Assembly (NCBI RefSeq): GCF_964204865.1
Contig: NC_135254.1
Location: 23,684,001-23,748,000 of the forward strand
Source: Styela clava
Lineage: Eukaryota
Direction of reading: 5' to 3'
Length of the DNA stretch: 64,000 nt
In this document: positions 1 through 13,100 of the stretch, piece by piece
Position numbering within the stretch: the stretch's first letter is position 1
How the letters are laid out: each line of letters starts with the position of its first letter
Notes under the pieces: model-generated
Database searches by the model: none
What the model was told of the DNA's origin: nothing
The model's input: only the letters and a program-made list of their open reading frames with translations
Made by a program: the position numbers and the translations under genes

Positions 1-4
1 CACT

Positions 5-457
5 ACATCTTTACAACTAAGCTTTACCATTTTCTCATTTTGAAATTTGAATTGCACAGTTCTTAGTTGCATGGAGCTGGATTTCCAAATATTAAATTAC
101 ACTGCACTTATTTTGGTATATGACCTAAATGCGTTGAAGTCAGTCACCACCCACAATTTATAAAAACATGTTAGCTGTCATGCTAGTTACAATTTTCTTC
201 ATTTGGTTGCTCTGCAAAAGTTGAGTTCTCAAACAACTCATTATAAAAATGATAAGATATGGCCTTGACCCTATTGAGATAATCAAAGCAAGAGAGGCAA
301 AGTATATTTGACTAGTTTAATTATTATAAATCACATACATATTATCGAAATCAATAGCACGAAAATAGTTTAAAAATGGTATCAGTCATTACATCTTCAC
401 AACTAAGCTTTACCATTTTGAAATTTTGAATTGCACAGTTCTTAGTTACATGGAGCT
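5..457. repeat. Direct repeat of about 70 bp (5-77 and 390-457) in an esterase intron
   Basis: TACATCTT(T/C)ACAACTAAGCTTTACCATTTT...GAAATTTTGAATTGCACAGTTCTTAGTT(G/A)CATGGAGCT occurs twice, about 385 bp apart. Confidence 0.8.
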
Positions 458-560
458 TTTTTCCACATAAGACAATTGTGATATTTTACAAGGTAAATTA
501 TGCTAACAACAAGCTTCTTATTGCTGAAATAGTCAATTTATTGCATTTCTGATAACTCAC

Positions 561-3500
561 CCAGTCCTTGCAAAGTTTCCCCAAAACGATGTCATCTGAA
601 GACTAACTTCTACTTCTGCCAATGTCGAACCAGTTGTTGACATTGGGACACCAAACACATATGCCAGTTCTTCAGCATGTCTAGCACCAGTTACCCAATC
701 AAATTGCTCATCAGGCGAATATGCTTCAAAATAGCAAGTAAGTATTGCTCGAATTTTAAAACGGTCAATAGTATACTATTCCCAAATGCAGCATCGAGTT
801 ATTTCATAGAATTCTTATTCTCTGGTTAGAGTACTAATCATGGTATTTAACATGCAATCATTTTTGAACAATTGCATGTGATTAAGGTTTGAAACTTGAA
901 TCAAATTTTTCGCAGTGGTTTTTTATGTTCTATCAAATGGTAGATATTTTGCAAAAAGGATATTTATGCCACATTTTCACTAGTACTGAAAATATATTAT
1001 GGAAATATTCTTTAAATCAACATTTACAAAAATTAATCTTAAATTAAATCATAATTATGTAATTACCCCATTTTGTGTTGGCTATCGCTTCTGATGGCCT
1101 TGGAGTAAATATATAAAGATAAACATCAGAATTAAATCCATCTTCATCTGAAGCGAGATTTGAAAAATTTACAGTTGGTGATAGAATATCAAAATCTCTT
1201 GTGGCATTTATAGCGAGCCATTTCCAGTCATCAGCATTGGTGGGAAGGGGTTCTGTCCAATCAACATAGTTGAAAAATACAGCATCTGCAATCTGTACAA
1301 ATTATAAATGTTATTGAAATAAAGGTTAATATTAAAAAAAATGGTAATTTTTTCCCACTATTTTCTGTTACTATTTCATCTTAAAAAATCAATCCGAACT
1401 CATACAGGACGCTGAAATCACTTTACTTATTCCATTTTATTTAACATTGATTCCTGAAAGTAATAGATACTCCAAAAAGTCAAATTTGGAAAAATTAGGA
1501 AATTAATAAGAAATTATTGGTTGATAATCGACATACAGAGAACAGAATTTAGAAACAAAGATCAATGCCATCAATTGTTAATTGAACCATGACATTGAAA
1601 TTGCCTGCTAGTTTTGAAGTTTGGTTAGAAACTACAAGCCTTTGTATCGAAAACAACCTATAAAAGACTTTGAAAAGTATGGCCATGATAAATATGAGCA
1701 TATTCGCAAAAATAAAACTTACTTTACTTGGATCTCTAAAATCCTTTGCGTGAAATTGTTCGATAAAATCGTTGAAATTATCTGCGTCCGTAACATTGTC
1801 AAGTAGTGAATAATATACCAGTGCATCAAATGAATTTAATCCTACAATGTAGTCGTATTTTCCGCGTAGTCTGGATATAATATCTTGGTCATTAGAAAGG
1901 TTCTGAGGTGTGGCAGGGAAAATTTCGCCATCAACGACTGGTCCGAATGAAAGTCCAATCGATGCTACCATTATTTCAGCGGCAGTTTTTTCTCGGATAC
2001 ATTCAACTGCGAGAGTGGTTGAGTATGTGGGACAAGCTAATCGTTCGAATAGAAATTGTGCATTCTGGCTGGGGTTGGTAACAAACCCAAAATCGGAAAA
2101 AGCACTTCCGCTTTCTGATATAATGCGGTGGAATAATTGTGGCTTGTCAAGATTGGTATGAGCAGATGCTGATAATGCATGGAGCTGTGTAGATGCCGCG
2201 CCCGAAGATTCACCAATTATTGTGATACGATTCTTGTCCCCGTCAAAGTTCTCTATGTTCTCATTTATCCATTGCAAGGCAGTAATCTGGTCGAGAAATC
2301 CAATGTTAGATGTTGATTTCCCATCACCTGTAATAATAATTTCGTGCTTTGTATTATTGTTGGCGCATTATTTTATGTTTTAGGTAGAAAACGTTTGTTA
2401 TGATTACGTTTACTATTTTGATACGATTCTTATTCGATATCGACACATCTGAATATTGTTTATTCGAGTTTTCGCCTTGAAATTTTGCTACCCATGATCT
2501 CTGATACACAAATTCGCTACAGGAGTGGTGACTCCTCTACGGCCCATGGGCCGGGGCCACGGCCCATTTAATTGGGCCACATGGGCCGTGGCCCATAGCT
2601 TGATGGGCCGCGGCCCCATCAGAAAAAATTCAATTATCTTAATAAAATTTTCAATTTTTACCAAATTGTCAATATTCGAACCAAAAAAATATACTCCTGT
2701 AGTATGTGTACCAGGTTAGGGTTAAGACAAAAAAATTCAGATTTTTTACATTATAGTTCTGTTATAAGTTCGGGTACTGTCTGTGTTAGCCAAGTGAATA
2801 GTTTCTTTACACAACTTCAAGGCCGAGGCCCAATTCGAAACAACTTGTCTACTCTACGTTATTTGAGACGACTATCAACTCCTTGTTCTTAGGGTTTTGT
2901 TTTTTATCAATTCTAAAAAAAACATCGTGTTTTAAAACAAGGGCTTGTTTTAAATCAATTTTTTTTTTGTACTTTTTGTATTTTTTATTGAAAACCCCCT
3001 GCATCGCCGCGAAACTACGCAGAAACGTTGCATTCTGGCAGCTGCACACGCAGCCGGAATTATAATTTCAAAAATGCAAGTAAAGATTCTTATTTTGACT
3101 TTTACTTCTATTGCGTACATTTATTGCCATGTTTGTATCTTCAATAAAGTCATAAGATTTTAACCGGAATGTTTATCCGAGATATCAGAGAGACATTTCG
3201 ATCAAAATCAAAACGAGAATATCGGTCTAAGACCGAAGACTTGTCGATCGAAAGTTAGGTATTTAACGTAATGGCTTATCGGTTGCGTCTTACTGCGCAA
3301 ACCACTGAACTACAGCTTGAGAAGGTGTGTATGAGCCTCTATCGACATTTATGGCGTTTTGAAGGATTTATTGCAAATAAGGAAGCGCTTGGCAATTTTT
3401 TACATTCATTTTTCTTCAACATATTTTATACAAAAAAATCAAATAGTACAGCCATTTAGAACGAAAAAGCAAAAAAAAAACTCGATTTAAAACAACTGTT

Positions 3501-4654
3501 TTGAAACAATTCTTTTTGAACAAATCCCTACTTGTTCTGTTTACCTTCTTCGACGTATTTGAAGTATGATAGTGTGTCATATTAAAATCTACCATGCAGC
3601 AATCGATATCAAACTTTCAAACACTTTGCTAGTTATTAATTCTTTATAATTTTGTTCATATTGGAACAAATGCACGTGGTCAAATTTGTATGCCCTTCTC
3701 GAATAATATATACAATATTATGTTGATACCCTGTCTGAGCGTGCATTTCGAGAACGTGCTGATATTGAGCCACATTCTCCCTCTTAATAGATTAGAAAAT
3801 CCTCCAGAATTTTGAGGGATACAATTGTTATTTTTATATCTGCTCTGTTTTGGTATCTGCATAAAGCTACTTCAAAATACAAGCGACCACTCGCGTGTAT
3901 TGTTTCACAATAAAACTATCGAAATAGTTAAGACACGTGAAACTCACCCGCACTTAGAAATCCCAAAGCCCCCAATCGGTAGTTCATTGTAACTACTATA
4001 ACATCACCGTACCATGCTAACTCGCCGTCGTAGAAGTCCGCAGACCCCCGCCTGTTAAAACAAGCCGATAGTGTTTAAAAATTCAGTAGTACGAACAAAT
4101 GATCACTTCTTTGATATAAGGCGATATAAATAATTATATGGTTCATTTAGGGCGCAGGATAGTTTTCAGGGGGAAAGGCAATTCAAATTAACCAGGCCCT
4201 ATTAATGCCAGCCTGGATCGTTCTACTGGTAATATACGCTGTTGACATACATGTATCCTCCTCCATGAATCCAAACCATTACAGCAAGGGGCTTCTCAGA
4301 AGATGTGTAGTTCTTGCGAGGAACGTAAATATTCAAATACAAACAATCTTCTTCTCCTAATACTTCACCGTTGATTGTGGATATTTGGGGGCACACTGAT
4401 TTGAAAGAACTGGCATCTAACGGATCCGACCATGTTTCGTGCGGGCTAGGAGGTCTCAATCTTCCTTCGCCAACAGGAGGTGCAGCATACGGAATTCCAA
4501 AATACTTCTCGATGGTCACTGAGGGTGGAAATTCTCGAACAAATCCTTCTATTACGCCATAATTTGTATTGCGACGAATTACTTCATTAGCTGCCAGGGA
4601 AAAGCTTATGTGCTTTACTAAAACACAAACTATGATGAAATAGGGTTGTAGCAT
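561..4654 (-). CDS. Secreted type-B carboxylesterase (COesterase family, bile-salt-activated-lipase-like triad), 3'-partial; exons 4654-4251, 4051-3948, 2327-1723, 1292-1067, 723-561
   Basis: Signal peptide [21 protein letters not shown]. Family motifs: [59 protein letters not shown] (Ser 2206-2208), [19 protein letters not shown] (Asp 1825-1827), [13 protein letters not shown] (His 677-679), FWGNFARTG. All introns are GT-AG with compatible phases (2,1,0,1,2). The last donor (555-560) leads off the window. Confidence 0.93.
2517..2885. repeat. GC-rich GGCCC/GGGCC palindrome cluster, probably the end of a non-autonomous DNA transposon
   Basis: Hairpin AGGAGTGGTGACTCCT. Repeated (G)GGCC(C) motifs at 2541-2617 and 2821-2831. 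CTACAGGAGT (2517) and ACTCCTGTAG (2693) are inverted. Confidence 0.45.
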
Positions 4655-4700
4655 GATGTCTGTTTAGATATGATATATTTGCATTATAATGGAAATACTT

Positions 4701-4710
4701 CTTATATAAG
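4701..4710 (-). promoter_or_regulatory. Possible TATA box of the esterase gene
   Basis: Palindromic CTTATATAAG about 50 bp upstream of the ATG at 4654. The AT-rich context makes this weak. Confidence 0.25.
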
Positions 4711-6424
4711 AATAAAATATTTTTGTCACACTAATTGGAGTTCTAATAATGTAGCCAATTTATGTCGTACTTGACCGTGTCATAAGCTTACTAAATATAT
4801 AGATAAACTAGACCAGTGATTCTCTACCTCGGCCTCAACTATGCTAACTATTCTTCCTGTGGCTCTCATTATTATTTAATATTCAAACATTTTAAGTGAA
4901 AATAATTATTAAATGACTTGAATTTGAATGATTGAGTGCAGCAATAGCATTGTTGTCATCGTTGCTGTTAGGTCGTTTGAATGCAACATTTTAATTATTC
5001 TTATAATGCTGTAGTAGGTTTTCCCACAACAAAAAAAGTCTCAACAAAAAAGTTGAGAACCACCGAACTAGACCCTTATGTATGTTTTATCACATCTTGA
5101 AGAAATTGTAAAAACTGGCAGTTCATTTCAATTTGTGTATAACTATGTCGATACAAACTTGGCTTATCACGAATGGTACATTGATTTACTTTTTTTCATT
5201 ATTTGTGGTACGATTCCCATTAATCTCGCCGCGTCTGCTACGGTTTGTATTGTTAAGTTTAATGCCTCAAAAACCACAAGACGAAGCAAACCTATTTCAG
5301 ATAGCCGACCGTTTCCTGTCCCTAACGAAACAAACGCAGCTGTTAAGACTATTACATCTTAATAGTGTTTATAATCTACAGTCTCGGAAAACGATAGGCC
5401 ATCCATGCAAACATAGATTATACAACCCGCAAATTTACCAAAACGTTTGTCATGCGATATCTGTTTACTTTTCTGCTAATCAAGGCCAGAGCATTCGCAA
5501 GGCAAACTCTCGGTTACCGATTCGCATAACAAACCATGAATTTATATTGTTATATATTGGAAGCGGTAAAACGTATATCGCTACTGGAAACGTAAGTTGT
5601 AAGAGTGAATATATTCTGCACAATCCTATATCGATATGACGATATATATAATATAAATCTTTAACAATATATATGTTGCGGTGTTGCGCATATGTTGTTT
5701 TACTCAGGTTTTGCACATGGAGCGATACATTGTCTTCCTAAGCACTTCTAATAAAAAGCTACGAAGTTAGAAGGTAAATAGTTCTGAAAGATCACTTCGA
5801 AACTTCTCGCCAAAAATACCCATGAAACAAACGCTCTTTAATAGGCAAAATACATCATAGATATTTCCAAAATTTCCACAGGTTGCCCACATTTTTCAAA
5901 ACATAAACACAGATACGGTGATGTCTTCAAATACGCACCGGGGCTTCGATTGTGACATATTTCCCGGTTATCTTTAATATTTTTTTTAATTTCTACCTAA
6001 ATTTATCTACTCTGGTTCGACGGAAGGATAGCACGCCGAATGCCCCAACATTTGAACACCTTGATGGTGTTAAATAGAGTGTGTTAATATAGTAGATTGT
6101 GTTTCCCAGTATATATATTTATACCTTTAACTCGGAACAGTGCTACAAACATGGGAGAAGCGTGGGAAAAATATAGTAAAGTGGAACAAATATGCTGAAA
6201 AGGGTACAAGTGTGTGACACGGCTTTTCTGAGACACCGTGATGAAACAATGCTTGAAGATTTACAATTTATTGACTCCAAAAACATCGCAAGCATTCAGA
6301 GAAAAATATGCTTCCTTGGCCAAATACTCCAAACGAATAGATCATAAATTTAGAACGTAAAATAAATATTTCCGAAATAAATTCATTAGCGGAGTCCTAT
6401 TTTCGATTAAATTATAGGCTATAC

Positions 6425-6640
6425 CAGGGGTGTGCAACATTTTTGTCGCAGGCCATATAACCAACTTCAAACATCTAGCTGGACCACAAAACATGTATTT
6501 TTAACATGAGCGTCTTTTTAAACATAAACGTTGGGATTAGAATTTTATGCTTGATGGAGAAAATCCGAGTGTTGCAAGGGCCAAACTAAATGTTTTGGCG
6601 GGCGCGTTTTGGCCCGCGCGCCGCCTGTTTCACGCCACTG
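6425..6640. mobile_element. hAT (Charlie-type) MITE, degenerate
   Basis: Termini CAGGGGTGTGCAAC...GTTTCACGCCACTG with subterminal GGGCC/GGCCCGCG motifs like those of the 42309-43984 element. No clear TSD. Confidence 0.65.
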
Positions 6641-7115
6641 GTATGTTCGGTTCAATTTAGTTGAGATACATCAAAGAAGTCAGATTTTAGTCAACACATT
6701 CTCACGTAAACGAGACACCAAAATAACATGTATAGTGTTACCTTGTAAGCATTCTATTTATATTATACTCTGTTGATGTTTCAATCTAATCCATGGTACG
6801 AAAGGTGACCTAATTTGGCTTTAGTATATCGGATCGTGTTTGAAATCTTGAACAATGAGCCAAACAGGAAGCGGGCACATAACACATTGAGCACGCAAAT
6901 CATACCTTCCATTGAAATCTGACTACGAAACAAATGTCAAATCATAATCATAATATTTCGCAATTCTTACAAAATATATCCGTTTCCTGTAAGTCCGATT
7001 TATATTTACATAATGTGGGTTTTAATCATTCCCATGCATTTGCTGGGTTATTCTTCTCGTGTTTGTCTTGGAGAGATCATCACAATAACGGGTTTAGTTC
7101 TTGAACAAGGACAAT

Positions 7116-10100
7116 ATGGGAGGAACGGATTTTCACGTCCTAAAACTCCTAATTCTTATATCCGTAATCAAAATAATATCTGTGGGGGGATACAGTTTAA
7201 ATAATTTTTATCCACCCTGGGGAGGTAGTAATGGAGCTACACCCGTTCGTCTTCACGGAGGTAAGAATATCATTAATACGCAATGTATCGATTTTATATT
7301 AGTTGCGTTTCATGCCATACGATATTCTGCCAACATTAATTTCCTGAAATTTCATCTGTCATCTTTTAATCTTTAAAGAAATCACTTAGATAGTTAATGT
7401 TCGTAAAAAAAAAACGTTTTTTTTTTATAAACAAATTACAATTATTTCAATCGCATTCAATAAATATGTACCACCGTCGACAGAGAATCCAAACTGACAT
7501 TGTATAATTTTAATTATAGAATTCACTATCAATCCTTTCAATACGGGAGTTGGGCCCGAAATCCCAGAATTGAAAGTTTTTTTCATTGGAGAACACCAAG
7601 TTTTTGAAGCAGAGGTTGAAAAAGATTCAACGAAAGAGCATGTAATTGGATGCTACACAAGGTAAACTCTCCTGTTTCTACACTGAATCAGATGCCTTTG
7701 GCGTATAATATTTCTTTATAACTATGCACTATCGTTTGATAAAATGGTTGAGACATTTTCCACTAAAAAGGCCATACCTTGCAACACAACTTGGGTCAAG
7801 GAATAATCTCCTTTCCTTTTGATTGAATTCGCGTGATTTCCTAAATATTGTAGAGTTTTTGTGAAAGAAAAAATGATTGCCTTAACTACATAATAAAAAA
7901 ATGCATTTTTATAATATACATTGGCTCGAGTAAGGTCCACCGACTCACCAAAATGTCAAACATATTTTCGTCAATTTTGGCACAATAGAAAACTTTACTA
8001 TTCTTCAAGTCCTTGCTTCCGAAAACAAATAACTGGCTAAATAATCCCATACCCAACAGGAATTGGTAAACGAACGAGAGCCGTGGTTCGCCATATGATG
8101 AAGCCGTCTTATCGGCTTTCCTCTCCCCGGGATAAATGCAAATCATATCCTATCCTTTTATTGGTAGATGGTTTCACAGTAATTCACCAAAGTTTTTTTT
8201 TCAGACCAATGCCCGTCGGTAAATATAAAATCTGCGTGGAGATTGAAGGGGACCAATACTGCAAGTCTACTTTTCATGTGCGTCATTTAGTCTTATGTAC
8301 TAATTTTTATTAAGTTTTGAATTCATTTTAGTGTGTTTTGTGGTTTAATCAACATAAAATGGCACCGAACGATTGAAAATAGATCATTGACTATTTGATT
8401 TTGAGCGTTGCATATCGTTAAATCGGTGTTACATCAGAGATCAAAATTGTTTGTTTTTTATTGAAGACTCCATGTGAATTTCAACATGCGTAAACAATGA
8501 TTGAAATGTAAATAAGAAATATTTTCTGATTGCGGATATATTGCTCTTTTAAGGTTGTGTGGTGGCGTACACCCTACATTGCAGAATTCCTATTTTCTGC
8601 TGATCACGATTCATTTGCCGGAACACCTCGCAGTTTACTGACAGTCGATGGGAGAATTTTTACTGATGTTTATGGCACAAATGACATTCGCATGCTGGGA
8701 TCGGCTGAAGAATTGACAATTCGACGGTGAGTCCTAAAAAAAGGATTGCCCCTAGCCCCATACTTTATATATCTTAGAGACACCGCTTACCAAAAAAATT
8801 CTAAATCATCAGAACATTCATTGTTGTCAGGACACCTTTACCGTTCATAATGCAGCGACACATATGTTGCTTATTACAAAATTTTATTTTGGTTATTTTT
8901 AGTTCTGCAAATAGGAATTCCAGAAGGTCATATTTATCCAGCTGCGGTATCAAAATAAAGTTCATTTTATTATGGTTGCGGTTCTCGTTTGTGTATTAAT
9001 ATTTGTGTTCCAATTCCATTCACATTATCACGACGCGTAATATTTGTGATACCATCGTTTTTAGTAGTAACGACCATTTGAATTTTTAGAATGTAGCTTG
9101 ATTTCCAGATTGCCTTACTATAAAACGATGCATTCTCATAAAGTGATACTTTAATTTTCGTCGAGATAGGGCCGTTGTTTGTTTTCGTTTACAAAAAAGA
9201 AAGCTAATTTCAACTAGAGGCACACTGTGAACAATAGCAATCAAAACAAGAGCATGTGTTTCCCGATCTATTTAACCATGTTGTACCCCTTGCAAGTTTG
9301 AACTACTAACCTCTTCACAGTCCATGTTGTCTTTTAAAATACCATAAGTATAAAAATTCCGCTGATACCACTGAAATTAGCCTAATGCACACGTTCAATA
9401 GTCGATCGAATAGACACCGACAATGGCACTCCATGTCAACAACGCAGATTGGTACAAGAACTTATTTTGCATCCCATCATATACTTAGCGATAGAATAAT
9501 TTTTTGCAAACCCGCGCCTTCTGCGGCTCATTCTAACCAACGGTTTGCGTCCATCTGATTGCTTCGAAAAAGCTAACAATTATGCATCAGGTTTTCAATA
9601 AGTTAAAATATCTAGTCTAGTAAGTTAAATGACTGCTTGTAAATAAATCTGTGAACGGGTAACCGCAGATACATTTGCTTCTCTCAAAAGTCGGCAAGAT
9701 AATAACGTACCGTGCGAGTTTTTTACCATTTTGTTACTTAGTACTTAATCAAGCACAGCACTTGGCGTAACGGTCGCAAGACATTTCGATTTCAGGCATA
9801 TTTTACCAATTCTTTTCGTACGATCGGCGCATTTGACTTGACATTATTTTATAGAGTTTATGCTGGTTCAGAAGATTGTTCACTAGTCGACGAAAATGAT
9901 GATTTGTACGGCCTACAGTTGGATTCAGAAGGTTCGTGGGATGGCGAATTCACATGTAAAATGAACAGCGAATATGTCGGTAAGTTATGCTATGCTTTTA
10001 ATCTTTTTTGTAGTTTTCCTGATACACTTCTCGACGATAAATAGAACACTGTTTATTTCCGAATAGTCCGACCAGCGGCGTATACGTTTATTTTTATCAT

Positions 10101-13100
10101 ATTCCGGATGTTTAATGAAATCGTGTTCAGCACAAAATTGTTCCTGTTTGGTAAATTTTGGTTCGAGTAGATTGAATGCGATTGTTTTGTCATGAATGAT
10201 TACATAATAAACCGCCGCTGCACGGTATGAAAACAAACGACGATCTGTGCTTTAGTCGATTGGTCAGAAACTGTTTTAGGACCCAAGTATTCAGAAAGTG
10301 ATGCTAAAAATATTAGATCACTTTATACTAGCGATATACCGCCGGAAAAGTCGACACAAAAATATTCCGACTCTTTGGCAGTGATTACTATGAGTCGTGA
10401 TGCATTTTTTCAATCCACGATATGGTCCATGGATAGTGAATGTAATATTAGCCCGTTCGACCTTTGTTTTATGCATACCAACAGTACTTTTGAATGCTAC
10501 ATAATATGGCATGATTTTCTGCAATAATTTATGAAAATTACAAAAACCAAAAAAGTAAAAAGAAAACGACATATCATCTATTAGAAAACAAGAAAAATAC
10601 AATTAAAAAAAAGTCTAAATCCAAAGACGGAAATCTGACCTCACTGCATAATTTTAAATGCTACATAGTATGGCATGATCTCCTGCCAAAAATTATGAAA
10701 TTACAAAAATTATAAAAGTAAACAGGAAACAATATATCATCTGTTAGGTAACAAGAATGATACACATTAAAAGATTGCTAAACCACAGGCCGGAAATAGG
10801 CATTGGTTGAATCTTTTTAAGATTTAGATTTCCCGGGTTTGCTCGTGTGAAATCAGGAAATGAATCATTTCCTGAGATGAGACTTCTTTATATTTTTGTT
10901 ACTTATAGATACTTATTTAAGCATTAATATAAATAAAATATTATATTTCAATATACATTGTAACTTTTTATTCATCTAAAATAAGAGAAAAAAAAATCTA
11001 GAAGAGAATACAAATACAATATTTTAAAATCTTTTCACATGCATTTGTGTAGGAATCAAATCTGATACACTGCTGAATTTATACATTCTATTATATTTAA
11101 AAATATCCATCAGTTTTATTAGATTTATATTTACATTTCAAATACAGGTAACAACAATTTCAGTTTCATTGTTACTGGTTATGGAAGATCAAAGGTTAAC
11201 GAGAACTTAATGAGAATCACAGGGGAGGATAAGATCTACATGTTTCAAACTTATGCAGGTAACAATTTTGTAAGACATATTACAAACAATTTATAATTTT
11301 GCCAACTTTAATTAATTTATTACTCATGGGTTGATTTATGATTTGTTCTAATATTTTATTTGTTATAGGTGTAAAAAAGGATATGTGTTTTGATATTTTG
11401 TGTTTTATAGAGGTTACTGGAATCAGCCCACAATCGGGAAGTGAGGAAGGAGGAACAATTATAACAGTTTCAGGAAGATATTTTGATCCCAACCCCACAA
11501 AAGACACCCATGTATGGGTCGGCCGTGAGCTTTGTGAAATAATTGATGGCTCGCAGACAGATACTGAGTTGAAATGCATCACTCCATCAAAACCATCCAT
11601 TATGGAACTTTATCCAGGTATTATAGAAAACTATTATCAAGATCTAGGCCATTTCCAGATCAGCGATATCAAATATGATTTCGCAAGGCTCTGAAAAACG
11701 TTCCAGACAAACAGCCATATAGAAACCTAGACATGCGAGGATAAAAACTCATCCGGGTAAAATTACCTACTGATTTTATTACATCCTTGGTGAATCTTCA
11801 ATCTGTAGTAGCTATCATAATGGTTCAATGATGAAAATTAGTGGAGTCTATAAAATGAAGAGGTTATTAGACAGTAAATCCAATATTTAATTATTTGAAA
11901 GTATTTAGATTTTAAAATTTATTCAAAATTAATCCATTATGAAACAAAGTTGTATTCAATATTGATCAGTTAGGACCTATAATTTTTGATTTCTATCTCA
12001 AAAATCACTAATGCAGATGAATTCGTGAATTTAGTGAAATTATGAGAACAAAAACATATATTTGTGAACATTAGTCTTGCCAAATATTAGTTTTGACTTT
12101 CATTTATCAAATTCTTCATTGGAATACCTGATATGATCAATCAGAGTCTATTATACTTTACTTCAGTAACCATTTTCGATTTTTATAATTTTTTAATGTT
12201 CTTTTTTTATTTTATATATCCAGGGTCCAGAGGAGTTAACGTTGAGGTATGGTACGATACACAGATGAATCTTGATGATGCTAGAGTAACGCTTAACTCC
12301 ACTCATGATGGGTGAGGGATTTAATTTATTTATTACCATCCTGGGATTGTTTCGTAAAATTGTGGCTTGGTTAAGCAGTAATTAATGAATTCATCTATCT
12401 GATAAATTTATTTGCATAAACACATATTTATCCCTGGTCATGCTTTTTAAGGTATAGGATATAACCTATAGGTTGCTGTAAATGAAACCAAAAATATGCA
12501 GAAAGTCTATATATCAGCAACATTGAATATTATATTTCTGCATCTTGTTTATAAATGTTTACTTATTTTTTAAATATTTTATTCCATTTAGATATGATAC
12601 TTGGGAAGCTGATTCTGCTGGGTATTCATTTGAAAATGTGACAACTATAGTGAAAATTACTGGAACTTTTGAAGTTCCTGTGGATGACAAATATCAGTTT
12701 TATATCAGATCAGATGACGGAAGTGTTTTGTATTTGTCATGCGATGGAAATTCTGCCAATGTGGTAATAAAATTTTAAAATTTTTCCTCGATACGAATTC
12801 AATGAAATAAACCTGATTATATTTTTGTTATTATATTTTCTTAATGACATTGTAAAAACATAAATCCCTGCACCACATGATGATATGTTGTTTTTTTCCA
12901 GGAGAAAGTGGCTTATGCATCATCTTATGCTCCTCATTTTAGACACTTTTCATCACAAAAATCGGATTGGATGGACCTAGATAAAGGTCAAACTTTTTGA
13001 TGCTTTCTAGAAGAACTATAGCAATTTGAACTTTTATGGTTACCTGATGATGTCCAACAGCCCCATAATTTTTATGTTCAAAAAATTGTTATTATTAATG

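Noticed and set aside
5078-5716. Intergenic ORFs of 94, 168 and 78 aa
   Set aside because: They overlap, mostly start at non-ATG codons, and show no recognisable motifs or exon structure.
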